This document shows positions 9,213 through 17,443 of a stretch of 64,000 nucleotides of DNA, one piece after another. How positions within the stretch are numbered: position 1 is the first letter of the stretch; each line of letters starts with the position of its first letter. The translations under genes and the position numbers were made by a program. The notes beneath the pieces were generated by a model that saw only the letters and a program-made list of their open reading frames with translations, was not told where the DNA came from and did not search any database. This DNA comes from a virus, in the IMG/VR virus record IMGVR_UViG_3300036820_000005, positions 47,057 through 111,056 of that record; one strand, written 5' to 3'.

Positions 9213-9540
9213 GCAGCAACGGGCTGGCTACCTGGCCGGGGATGCTGAACCGCTCCCGGACCTGCCGCACGACCCCGGCGGCGTCTACTGCGGGGTCGGC
9301 ACTGGCCCTCCGAAGCCCGGCCACCCCGAGTACCGCCGCTGCCATTGCGGGCAGTGGTACGGCTGGTCCGGCAGCTGGCAGTCCATACAGCATCCGCCGC
9401 GACGCTGGCTCAAGCGGCACGGCCTGGACGCCGGGGAACTGCTGGATTACGGCGGCAAGGTAGACGGCGGCTTCCTCCGCTCGCGGCCGCCGCTGCGCCT
9501 TCGCATCCGCTGGCTGCTGGAGAGGATCAGGAATGGCTAG
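9205..9540 (+). CDS. Hypothetical protein (CxC motif)
   Basis: ATGGCTGA overlap; YRRCHCGQWY. Confidence 0.6.
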   Translation: MAEQQRAGYLAGDAEPLPDLPHDPGGVYCGVGTGPPKPGHPEYRRCHCGQWYGWSGSWQSIQHPPRRWLKRHGLDAGELLDYGGKVDGGFLRSRPPLRLRIRWLLERIRNG

Positions 9541-9754
9541 GCTTCCGCTGCCCGGCTGGCTGGCCCGGCAGCTGCTCGGCTCGATCCCGACCGGGCCCTG
9601 CCAGGTCAAGCTGATCACCAGCTCGCCGGTCACGCCCCTGGAACAGGAACTCCCGTCGCCCTGGCCTGGCGACGGGCTCGATTCGGTGAGATACGCGGCG
9701 CACGCCGCCACCGAATGGAACTGGCTGGGCAGACCGGAGGTCACCGATGGGTAA
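9533..9754 (+). CDS. Hypothetical phage protein
   Basis: 8-bp overlaps on both sides. Confidence 0.55.
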   Translation: MARLPLPGWLARQLLGSIPTGPCQVKLITSSPVTPLEQELPSPWPGDGLDSVRYAAHAATEWNWLGRPEVTDG

Positions 9755-9944
9755 GCGGCAGGCCACCGTCTGGGCAGACGGCGACTCCTGGTACTTCGCC
9801 CTGGCCCGCCCTGGCCGTGTCGCTCGAGCATGGGACTGGCTGATGCGCCGCCCGCTGATAGCCCGCTGGCAGCTGCGGAACTGGCAGCAGATCGGCTTCA
9901 CAGAGGACTCGGACGAATCGGAGCCGGAGGGCACCAATGGGTAA
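9747..9944 (+). CDS. Hypothetical phage protein
   Basis: GGAGG RBS, ATGGGTAA overlap. Confidence 0.6.
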   Translation: MGKRQATVWADGDSWYFALARPGRVARAWDWLMRRPLIARWQLRNWQQIGFTEDSDESEPEGTNG

Positions 9945-10791
9945 GCCGCTGCCGCCACCACTAGCCCCGTGGCCTGTCCGTGCCTGGTCGCGGGTCTGGT
10001 GCTACCTGTCGTGGCCGTGGCAGGTCCGCCAGATGAAGGCCCTCGGGTTCCGCCGGGTCGGGTGGATGACCTGGGAAACCGGGCCGGAGCTGCGCGCGGA
10101 GATAACCGAGCAGATCCTCACGCTGCCTGGCGTCACCGGCGTCCCGGCCGACCTTGACCAGCCGTCCTCGTTCCAGTACCCGCACGGGGTCACCGCCGCG
10201 CAGGCTGCTGAGCAGTTCGACTGGCTCACTGCCCACGCGAGGGAAGGCGGCTGGACGGCTATCGGCAGCGGCTATGCTGTCGCGCCGCCAGGCACGCCGG
10301 AGCCGACGCTGTCGGAGTTCCTGAAGGCGACCCACCGCCCCTCCCGATGGGACGACCCGGACGAGGTAGAGCGCTTCTGCGATGCGATCCTGACGCCATC
10401 CGGCCAGGCCGGGCCGGTCGTTAACACGCCGTGGGCTGACCTGGGGTATGACGTCCTAGCCGACATCCACGAGGTTGGGCAGGAGCGACCGTTCGCCAAC
10501 CTGGCCGGCTCGTCGGCAACCATTCAGTTCTCGTGGGGGCTGGAACGCATGGCCGCTCTAGGCCGCGATCTGGTGATAGCCGCAGCCGAACGCCACGCAC
10601 AGATCCACTGCGCGCCGGATGTGGTCGGCACGCTCCGCTGCTCGGCTGGCCAGGACGGTCGGGAAGCGCCGATGACGCTGGCGATCCTGCTCGGCGTCGA
10701 CATCATCGCTGAGGGCGACATGGAGGCCGGCCGGTGGGAGCTGCGGAAAGGCGACACTGTGATCGACTCAGGCCGACTGGAGGAGCTGTAG
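9937..10791 (+). CDS. Multi-segment hypothetical phage protein
   Basis: GGAGG RBS; C-terminus resembles a segment of 7828..8655. Confidence 0.65.
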   Translation: MGKPLPPPLAPWPVRAWSRVWCYLSWPWQVRQMKALGFRRVGWMTWETGPELRAEITEQILTLPGVTGVPADLDQPSSFQYPHGVTAAQAAEQFDWLTAHAREGGWTAIGSGYAVAPPGTPEPTLSEFLKATHRPSRWDDPDEVERFCDAILTPSGQAGPVVNTPWADLGYDVLADIHEVGQERPFANLAGSSATIQFSWGLERMAALGRDLVIAAAERHAQIHCAPDVVGTLRCSAGQDGREAPMTLAILLGVDIIAEGDMEAGRWELRKGDTVIDSGRLEEL

Positions 10792-10793
10792 CC

Positions 10794-11162
10794 GTGCAGT
10801 GGATGGAGGTGCCCACCCCGGCTGGCTTGCTGAGGGTCACGTTCCCGCAGATGGAAGTCGTGGACGGTCTGGACCTGGTGTCCAGTGTCACCGTTGCTGA
10901 GCCCTGGGCGACGCTGAACGGCAAGCCGGTCAGCATGGACGGGGCACGTGAAATCCTGGCCGCTATGCGATCCGCCGCCGGTCACCCGATGAACGCCCCG
11001 TCGAACTACCAGGGCAAGGCGACGATCACGGTCACGCTGGACACCGGCTACGAGTACACGCTCGCACCGGTCCCGTACCACGGCGACACGCCAGAGGAAG
11101 CCGCCAAGCGGGCCATCGCGTTCGCTGGGCGGATCATGCTGAAAGACGAGGTGACGCATTGA
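10794..11162 (+). CDS. Hypothetical phage protein
   Basis: Junction B start. Confidence 0.65.
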   Translation: MQWMEVPTPAGLLRVTFPQMEVVDGLDLVSSVTVAEPWATLNGKPVSMDGAREILAAMRSAAGHPMNAPSNYQGKATITVTLDTGYEYTLAPVPYHGDTPEEAAKRAIAFAGRIMLKDEVTH

Positions 11163-11647
11163 GCCGGTGGAAGCGGATCTCGGTGGAGCTGTCCCATTCG
11201 TGGCCTGGCGAGCCGTACCTGCGGTTCGAACCGGCAGACGGGGGGCCGCCGGTGATGGTGGCCGTCGATGATGACGACCTCGCCCGGATCGGCCAGCTGC
11301 AGGGCGCGCTCGGCGTTCCTCCCGTCGGCTGGCTGGGCAGGTTGCGACCCCAGCCAGCCACGCTGACCGCAGAGCTGACCCTCGCGGACGGGAACGTCGT
11401 TCACGTGCCGCAGGACGTCCGCGCGCTGGCCGCCGCGCACAAGAGCAGGATCACGGTCAGGGTGCCGTGCGCCGCGGTGCCGTTCGGGGCGCGGATCGGC
11501 CGGGTGACGGTCCGCAACGAGCAGGATGTCGAAGCGGCGTACGTGTTCAATCCGCCTGTGCAGATCCCGACGACCGGTCATCTGGACGTGACGTTCAGCC
11601 CGCAGGATCTGCGGATCCCGGCGGGCTGGCTGCCCGAGGAGGTGTAG
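11159..11647 (+). CDS. Hypothetical phage protein
   Basis: GAGGTG RBS, TTGA overlap. Confidence 0.65.
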   Translation: MSRWKRISVELSHSWPGEPYLRFEPADGGPPVMVAVDDDDLARIGQLQGALGVPPVGWLGRLRPQPATLTAELTLADGNVVHVPQDVRALAAAHKSRITVRVPCAAVPFGARIGRVTVRNEQDVEAAYVFNPPVQIPTTGHLDVTFSPQDLRIPAGWLPEEV

Positions 11648-11649
11648 CT

Positions 11650-11988
11650 GTGGCAATCCAGCGTTACCGACGCAGGCCCCAGACGGTCAAGCCCCGTGAC
11701 ACCGGACTGACCACAGCCCGGTACGACCCCGGCGAGCCGCTCGACGACTTGCAGGCCGTCGCCCGGATGGCCAACCAGCTCGCTGAGCTGGCCGAAGCTG
11801 AGCTGCCGTCCGGCCGGGTCCTGGTCGTCAAGTACATCCACCTGTTCGGTAACGGTGACGGCGAGCCCGAGTTCGTCGTGGTGCTCCCGCGCGGGCTGCT
11901 GGGGTTCAGCCACGCGGCCGGTGACCTGACCGCTTACGACGGACCCGGCGACCTGCGGCGCTGGTATGAGCCGGTGGAGGTGCTGTAG
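11650..11988 (+). CDS. Phage protein, paralog of 3728..4045
   Basis: ARYDPGEPLDDL vs ARYRYGQPLDEI. Confidence 0.7.
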   Translation: MAIQRYRRRPQTVKPRDTGLTTARYDPGEPLDDLQAVARMANQLAELAEAELPSGRVLVVKYIHLFGNGDGEPEFVVVLPRGLLGFSHAAGDLTAYDGPGDLRRWYEPVEVL

Positions 11989-11990
11989 CC

Positions 11991-12368
11991 GTGGACCCTG
12001 TAGCGTTCGCGGTGGCCCGGCTCGCCGAGGAAGAGGCGGGAGCCCAAGCTGCATCGCCTTGTGACTGGTATCCCACCGGGGAGGACGTCCTTGCCAGGTC
12101 GGCCGATCCGCATTGGGACGGTGTGGTGGTCGCCAACGCGGAAGGCGCTTACGCCGAGCACATCGCCCGCCACGACCCGGCCCGCACGCTCCGCGAGGCT
12201 GACGCCGACCGGAGGCTCTTGGCCCGGTACGAGCAGCTTCGGAAGCCGCGGACCCTCCGGGAGCGGGTGATCTTCCCGATGCTCGCCGAAGTGGTCCTTG
12301 CCTGCATCCGCGACCGTGTTGCTGTCTGGAGCGACCACCCGGATTACGCGACGCTGGAGGACGTGTGA
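11991..12368 (+). CDS. DUF6221-like protein
   Basis: F-x-x-ARL-x-EE...HIARHDPAR-x-LRE...W-x-DHPDY. Confidence 0.75.
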   Translation: MDPVAFAVARLAEEEAGAQAASPCDWYPTGEDVLARSADPHWDGVVVANAEGAYAEHIARHDPARTLREADADRRLLARYEQLRKPRTLRERVIFPMLAEVVLACIRDRVAVWSDHPDYATLEDV

Positions 12369-12730
12369 TGGGGGACCCGGTAGTGTTCGGCCAGGCCCGC
12401 CTCGACGAAGACGAGCAGCAGACGCGCCATCTGCTGTGCCGCGCTCAGAACGTCTCCCTGGAGTTGAAGGAGCCGAAGCTGCTTGGCCGGCATATTCCCG
12501 GCTGGGACTCGTGGGGTGACGTCGAGAAGCTGTGCGAACGCGCGCTCCGTGAGGTCGAGTCGGGGCGGCGCATCCTGGCCCGCCACACCGAGTGCGCCCG
12601 GCGTGGCACCGGTCCTTGCTGGGAATTCCCGTACGGCGACCATGACGTCTGCCGCGAGTTGGCCGACCTGCTGTACCGGTGGGCCGACCACGCCGAGTAC
12701 GAGCCTGCTTGGCTGCCGGAGGAGGAGTAG
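12368..12730 (+). CDS. DUF6221-like protein
   Basis: FGQARLDEDE...LREVE...WADHAEY. Confidence 0.75.
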   Translation: MGDPVVFGQARLDEDEQQTRHLLCRAQNVSLELKEPKLLGRHIPGWDSWGDVEKLCERALREVESGRRILARHTECARRGTGPCWEFPYGDHDVCRELADLLYRWADHAEYEPAWLPEEE

Positions 12731-12732
12731 CT

Positions 12733-13098
12733 GTGGACCCGATAACGTTTGCCCACGCCCGGCTCAACGAGGAAGCCGCCCGCATCGAAGCCTCGATCGA
12801 AGGCGAGATCGAACGCTTGGCCGCTGACGGCGTCGAGGTTAACCGTAACGAGCTGCTGACGGATGATCCTCCGCACTACGAGTCGCCGTTCCTCCGCCCG
12901 CTCCGCGAGGTCGACGTACACCGGAAGCTCGCCCACCTGCACAGGCCCGTAGGGGACGGCGACGTATGCGCATCCCTGTGTCATGCGCGGGCTCCCGGAG
13001 TCATAGCGCAGTACCCGTGTCCATCGGCGCGCGTTCTTGCCACCCTGTGGCCTGATCATGCCGACTACGACCAGACCTGGAAGCCGGAGGAAGCGTAG
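12733..13098 (+). CDS. DUF6221-like protein
   Basis: FAHARLNEE...LREVD...YPC...WPDHADYD. Confidence 0.75.
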   Translation: MDPITFAHARLNEEAARIEASIEGEIERLAADGVEVNRNELLTDDPPHYESPFLRPLREVDVHRKLAHLHRPVGDGDVCASLCHARAPGVIAQYPCPSARVLATLWPDHADYDQTWKPEEA

Positions 13099-13773
13099 CC
13101 GTGGGTGATCCTCGCGTGACCGAAGACATGGTGACCCGCGCCTCGGAAGTGCTCTGGAGCGAGGTAAGTCCAGCCCACCTGGCGAATGTCCACGACTTCA
13201 CCGACGCCGATATCGCGGCCGGGAAGCTCCACGAGGCCGACAGCGAAGCAACCGCCGAGAACCGGGCTATCGTCCGCCGTGTACTCGAGGCAGCCGTGCT
13301 GGGTCTCGGCAGCAGCGTGGTCGTGACCGAGTACGCCAACGACCTGAGCGGCGGCTGGCACCTCTGGGACACCGCGCCGTACATGGAGCGGGTCGCGCCG
13401 CTCGTACAGCGGATCGAGGCCGCCCGGACCAGCGGTTTCCGGATCCGCCGTCGCACTGTGATCGTGGTCGACGACTGGACGGAGGTCACCGAGCCATGAC
13501 GTCCGCGGACCAGCTGGCATTCGCAGAGGCCCGGCTCGCCGAGGAAGAGGTCTTCTGGCGAACCCGCCTCGTGGTGATCGGCGCGGATCGCGCTCTCCGG
13601 GACATTGAGTTCAAGCAGGCGATCCTGCGCGGCTGCCGGGAGGCGTTCGCCTACAAGGATGGCAGCCAGGAGGAAGCAGAGATCTGGCGCGAGTACGCGA
13701 CGGTGATCATGCCGCCGCTGCTTGCCGTCTGGGACGACCATCCGGACTACGACCAGACCTGGAAGCCGGAGGA
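13063..13773 (+). repeat. Perfect 29-nt direct repeat GACTACGACCAGACCTGGAAGCCGGAGGA
   Basis: Copies at 13063-13091 and 13745-13773, the 3' ends of two DUF6221-like paralogs. Confidence 0.9.
13101..13499 (+). CDS. Hypothetical phage protein
   Basis: Junction B start. Confidence 0.65.
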   Translation: MGDPRVTEDMVTRASEVLWSEVSPAHLANVHDFTDADIAAGKLHEADSEATAENRAIVRRVLEAAVLGLGSSVVVTEYANDLSGGWHLWDTAPYMERVAPLVQRIEAARTSGFRIRRRTVIVVDDWTEVTEP

Positions 13774-13780
13774 GCCGTAA
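13496..13780 (+). CDS. DUF6221-like protein (short)
   Basis: FAEARLAEEE...LRDIE...WDDHPDYD. Confidence 0.75.
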   Translation: MTSADQLAFAEARLAEEEVFWRTRLVVIGADRALRDIEFKQAILRGCREAFAYKDGSQEEAEIWREYATVIMPPLLAVWDDHPDYDQTWKPEEP

Positions 13781-13782
13781 TC

Positions 13783-13905
13783 GTGCATAACTACAGGTCC
13801 GAGTACCGCCTGTGCGGTGTGAAGGTGCCGAGCCGCTGGTACCGGCGCCTCGGCCGGTTCATCCCTGAACGGCTCCGCGACGTCCGGTCGGTGGCCACGC
13901 CGTGA
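13783..13905 (+). CDS. 40-aa hypothetical protein
   Basis: GGAGGAG RBS; stop overlaps next start. Confidence 0.45.
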   Translation: MHNYRSEYRLCGVKVPSRWYRRLGRFIPERLRDVRSVATP

Positions 13906-14168
13906 CCGCCGTCATCCACATCGCCGGAGTGCAGGTCCAGGTCGGCACCCATCTCCGGCAGCGGTGTTCCTGGTGCGGCGCGGTCCTGTGCGACTACGAG
14001 CTGACCCTGATCGCCGTCCCTATCGGCCAGGACCCGACGCCGGGTATGTGGGAGACCGGCCGGCTGGTAGCGGTCGACGGGAACGTCTCCTACGTCGTAG
14101 ACCACGAGGACGGCGTCGAGTTGCCCGAGGAGGCGTGCGCGCAGCTCGACCACGAGATCACCGCATGA
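13902..14168 (+). CDS. Zn-ribbon hypothetical protein
   Basis: H...RQRCSWCG...C. Confidence 0.65.
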   Translation: MTAVIHIAGVQVQVGTHLRQRCSWCGAVLCDYELTLIAVPIGQDPTPGMWETGRLVAVDGNVSYVVDHEDGVELPEEACAQLDHEITA

Positions 14169-14494
14169 CCCGGCTGAGGATCACGCCCGGCGTGCCGGGC
14201 CGTCTCCGATGGGCAATCCGCGCTCCCCGCCGCCCGGTCAACCTGGCTGCGCGCCTGCGGATGTGGTGGTACGACTTCGCTGTGCACGTCCCGTTCGGCG
14301 ACCGGGAACGCTGCCAGGACTGCGGCCGCGGCTACGTCCACTGGCACGCCCCCGACGACCTGTACGCCGAAGTCCACGGGTCACCGTATGGGCTGTTGTG
14401 CCCGGCATGCTTTACCCGGCAGGCCCGGGCGAAGGGCATCGTCGTCTGTTTCGAGGCGGCTGTCTTCCGCCGTGACGACGAGGTCCCCGCGTGA
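14165..14494 (+). CDS. Zn-finger hypothetical protein
   Basis: CQDC...W-x-APDDL...LCPAC. Confidence 0.65.
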   Translation: MTRLRITPGVPGRLRWAIRAPRRPVNLAARLRMWWYDFAVHVPFGDRERCQDCGRGYVHWHAPDDLYAEVHGSPYGLLCPACFTRQARAKGIVVCFEAAVFRRDDEVPA

Positions 14495-14898
14495 CCGGCG
14501 GCCAGCCTGAAGAACTCGCCGTCGTCATCTACGACCGGCTAGGAAAGCGCGGCGGACTGGCCCCGGTCCTCGTCCACGCCGACGGCACCAACTGCTCCCA
14601 CGCGGGCAGGCCGCAGCCGATCGCCAGCATGAGCGACGTCCCGGCCTGCCCGGCCGGGCAGCCAGTGACCGGCGTCCGCTTCGACGGGCGGACGCTCACC
14701 CTGGAGCAGGTGTACCGGTCGCTGAAGTCGATCGCCGAAGCGTGGACCAAGCTGCTCACGCCGAGCATGTCAGCGCTCCTCGCCGCAGCTGGGCCGCTGC
14801 TGGACGCTGACCCGCAGATCCGCGCGCTGGCCGCCGCAACCGCGGTGATCGACGAGGCACGCCAGCGGAACAGTAGCGCCGGAGCTGCCGAGGCATGA
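14491..14898 (+). CDS. Hypothetical phage protein
   Basis: GAGG RBS; GTGA overlap. Confidence 0.6.
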   Translation: MTGGQPEELAVVIYDRLGKRGGLAPVLVHADGTNCSHAGRPQPIASMSDVPACPAGQPVTGVRFDGRTLTLEQVYRSLKSIAEAWTKLLTPSMSALLAAAGPLLDADPQIRALAAATAVIDEARQRNSSAGAAEA

Positions 14899-15041
14899 CC
14901 GCTGAACCCCGCTGGGCCTGTGCCGAGCACGATAGGGAACTGGTGTACAACGAGGCCCTGTGCTGGCTGGAATGCCCCACTACGGGTTGCCAGGCCCGGA
15001 TCACCGACGAGATGCGCGCCGAACTCGGCTGGGCCTCCTGA
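14895..15041 (+). CDS. 48-aa Cys/His protein
   Basis: ATGA overlap; CAEH...CPTTGC. Confidence 0.5.
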   Translation: MTAEPRWACAEHDRELVYNEALCWLECPTTGCQARITDEMRAELGWAS

Positions 15042-15238
15042 TGGCCGCTGAGCGCCGCCCGTGGTGCTGTGCCCGGTGCGAGTCCCGGACGGTCGTCGCG
15101 CACTGCACCGGGGCTGGCTGCCCGTGGACCCGCTGCCTGAAATGCACGGCGATCTCGTACCTCTGGCGGGGTCGGCGCTGGTACCGCGGCGGGTACGACC
15201 GTCCTGGCCGACGCTCGACTGACTGGCAAGCCGGGTAG
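15041..15238 (+). CDS. Small Cys-rich protein, last gene of the early array
   Basis: TGATG overlap; CARC, C-x3-C, CLKC. Confidence 0.55.
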   Translation: MAAERRPWCCARCESRTVVAHCTGAGCPWTRCLKCTAISYLWRGRRWYRGGYDRPGRRSTDWQAG

Positions 15239-15422
15239 CCTGACTGCTGGCGGTGACAAGCGGCGGGCGGTAGCCCGTCCTTCCGCTGCGGGATAGCCTT
15301 TGCGCACCCGTGGCGGATAGCCGCCCCTGCTTTTATGGTGGTCTCGCATCGTTGCAGCGCACGCCATTCCAGCGGTGTATGAGGGCGGCAGCCATCCGGA
15401 CGGTTGGTGGGCCGCCCTTCGG

Positions 15423-15451
15423 CTGCCACTGGCCGCTTGACGCTGCGTGGC
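15423..15451 (+). promoter_or_regulatory. Putative late promoter CTGCCAC-N9-GACGCT, leaderless
   Basis: One of 9 copies; ATG 7 nt after the hexamer. Confidence 0.7.
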
Positions 15452-15775
15452 ATGTCATTCTCCTTCAGCGCAGGCGGGACCAAGGAGCAGACGCTCCACT
15501 CGCTCGGCGAGCTGCACCACGACCACGACTCCCACTCCAAGACCACCGCTGACCTGGTGACCAGCATGGTCACGGCAGGCCCGTCCGAGAGCGACGGCGC
15601 CGACGGCCAGGTCTACGACGCCATCTACCAGGTGTCCGCCTACGGCCACTCGAGCGCGGGCCACGACACCCCCAGCCTCAGCGTCTCCGTCTCGTCCAGC
15701 CTCAGGCTCCGCGAGACCCCCGCAGAGGTCGAGGTCGACGTCGTGGTTGAGGAAGACGACCCGGCCGGTGAGTGA
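15452..15775 (+). CDS. Hypothetical protein
   Basis: Leaderless ATG after the motif; MSFSFSAGG. Confidence 0.65.
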   Translation: MSFSFSAGGTKEQTLHSLGELHHDHDSHSKTTADLVTSMVTAGPSESDGADGQVYDAIYQVSAYGHSSAGHDTPSLSVSVSSSLRLRETPAEVEVDVVVEEDDPAGE

Positions 15776-16067
15776 CCCCCGCGGCGGGATCGAGAGCCCC
15801 GCGGACCCGGCCGACGTCGGCCTCCAGGCAGGCAGCCGGAGCATGCCCGCCCCCGCCGACATCGGCCCGCCCGCCCCCGCAGTGCTGAAGCACTTCGAGT
15901 TCGCCCACCTCCCCGGCGACCTCGCCGAGGTCAGCCGCATGTTCCACGCCCTCGCCCACGAGCTCGCAGGCCGGTTCCGCGGCGACGAGCTCGACGTCGC
16001 GCTGAACAAGCTCGTCGAGGCGAAGGACTGGGCGGTCCGCGCTGCCCTGGCGGCCCGGCACCGCTGA
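15768..16067 (+). CDS. Conserved phage helical protein, possible Acb2/Tad1-like nucleotide sponge
   Basis: HFEFAHLP...VS-x-x-F...ALNKLVEAKDWAVRAAL; function inferred. Confidence 0.6.
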   Translation: MSDPRGGIESPADPADVGLQAGSRSMPAPADIGPPAPAVLKHFEFAHLPGDLAEVSRMFHALAHELAGRFRGDELDVALNKLVEAKDWAVRAALAARHR

Positions 16068-16071
16068 CACC

Positions 16072-16266
16072 GTGAGTCTCCCCAAGGTCCAGCTCCGGGT
16101 CGACGTCGACGGGCGGGAGTACAAGATCGCCGAGGCGACGTTCGTCCCGGTAGTCCGGCTGGCCCCAGACATGGCCAGAGGCGTAGCAGCGGCCCGCGTG
16201 GACGTGGTTACGCCTCTGGCCCAGCTGCTCCGCGACATGGCCGACCAGCTGACCCGTGGCTGCTGA
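16072..16266 (+). CDS. Hypothetical protein
   Basis: Packed ORF with GC3 bias. Confidence 0.55.
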   Translation: MSLPKVQLRVDVDGREYKIAEATFVPVVRLAPDMARGVAAARVDVVTPLAQLLRDMADQLTRGC

Positions 16267-16540
16267 CGAGCCCGGCCAGCCGCTGGTCCAGCTGGAATGG
16301 CATGTCATGTGGTGCGCGCGGCACCTGGAGCCGTACCGGCATCAATGGCCCGCCGGTGCTGGCGTGGCAATGGTGGCACTGTTCAAGGCCGCCGCCGCGA
16401 TGCCCGCTGTAGCCGACGCAGCCCACGGCGACGCCGGCCAGCTGCCCGCCGCCCTCGCCCGGTTCGCCCCTGTCTGCTGCTTCGTCGGCAAGCAGGTCCT
16501 CGACCAGATCTACGCCGCCACGCGGCCGCCCTCGCCCTGA
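16256..16540 (+). CDS. Hypothetical protein
   Basis: Packed ORF; WCARH...CC. Confidence 0.6.
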   Translation: MAADEPGQPLVQLEWHVMWCARHLEPYRHQWPAGAGVAMVALFKAAAAMPAVADAAHGDAGQLPAALARFAPVCCFVGKQVLDQIYAATRPPSP

Positions 16541-16570
16541 CCGCGAGCCTTCTGCCGGAGCCCGCCGGCG

Positions 16571-16598
16571 CTGCCACCGCCCGCCCGACGATCAGCTC
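16571..16598 (+). promoter_or_regulatory. Putative late promoter CTGCCAC-N9-GACGAT, leaderless
   Basis: ATG 6 nt after the hexamer. Confidence 0.7.
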
Positions 16599-17012
16599 AT
16601 GTTCACCCTGACCTGCGACGGCGTCTGCGGTACGACCGCGTACGCGGACTGCCAGTGCCCCGACGGGTACGACCCGCGGACGGCCGGGCACCTGCCCGGC
16701 TGCCAGATGGTAAACCTGGGCGCCCTGGTGGTCTGCCCGGCAGACTCCGACTGCTGCCAGGAGGACCACGACCACGACGCGGCCGGCAACGCCTGCACCG
16801 CCGACCACCCGGCCGGGTCCTGCCCGGCCCCGGCGGCGTGCAAGCTCTGGGCGAACGTCCGGTCCCACCACGAGGACCCCGACGCCGCAGGGCTCCCGGT
16901 GTCCTGCCCCGGCGGGCACTGCGGCAAGGGCGTACCGGACTGCACGGTCTGCAGGCCGATCACGGTAACCGTCCCGCCGGGTCACACCACGATCAAGAGG
17001 GCGGGGGCCTGA
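16599..17012 (+). CDS. Cys/His-rich metal-binding protein
   Basis: 15 Cys and 8 His in 137 aa. Confidence 0.7.
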   Translation: MFTLTCDGVCGTTAYADCQCPDGYDPRTAGHLPGCQMVNLGALVVCPADSDCCQEDHDHDAAGNACTADHPAGSCPAPAACKLWANVRSHHEDPDAAGLPVSCPGGHCGKGVPDCTVCRPITVTVPPGHTTIKRAGA

Positions 17013-17013
17013 C

Positions 17014-17439
17014 ATGGGAGCCAAGGACAACGCGCTCATCAGCAACATCCTGAACGCGACCCTGCCGACCGCCACAGGCGGCAAGCCGACCGCGTGGTCC
17101 GCGTACTCCACCACCAGCGCGATGCTGATGCGGCTCGACTCCACCGTCGCGACCGCCTCCGCGGCGGGCACCCAGCTGACCGGCACCGGGTACACCACTG
17201 GCGGGACCGCGCTCGGCGCGTCGTCCGCGTCCAGCTCCGGCTCCAACGTGACCCTGCCCGCCTCGACCACCTCCTGGACGAACGGGTCCGGTTCCGCGTG
17301 GACGATCGACAGCCTCGACATCACCGACGCGACCCCGACCCGCACCTGGTACGGCGCGTGGAACGGCGAGCCGATTTCGGTGGCGAATGGGAACACGTTC
17401 CAGGTCGCCGCGAACGCGGTGACAGCGTCCGACAGCTGA
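17014..17439 (+). CDS. Small virion/fibre-associated structural protein
   Basis: Thr/Ser-rich; GTQLTGTGY...WYG...ISVANGNTFQV pattern typical of small tail-fibre-associated proteins. Confidence 0.7.
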   Translation: MGAKDNALISNILNATLPTATGGKPTAWSAYSTTSAMLMRLDSTVATASAAGTQLTGTGYTTGGTALGASSASSSGSNVTLPASTTSWTNGSGSAWTIDSLDITDATPTRTWYGAWNGEPISVANGNTFQVAANAVTASDS

Positions 17440-17443
17440 CCTC

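Larger units (their letters stand above)
10779..13785 (+). repeat. Junction repeat family B: GGAGG-N1-5-TAG-C(C/T)-GTG
   Basis: Near 10779, 11638, 11976, 12721, 13086, 13768 (TAA variant); TAGCCGTG core also at 44440. Confidence 0.75.

Noticed and set aside
13063-13773. Repeats as DGR template/variable regions
   Set aside because: The copies are identical, with no adenine-specific differences, and there is no reverse transcriptase in the window
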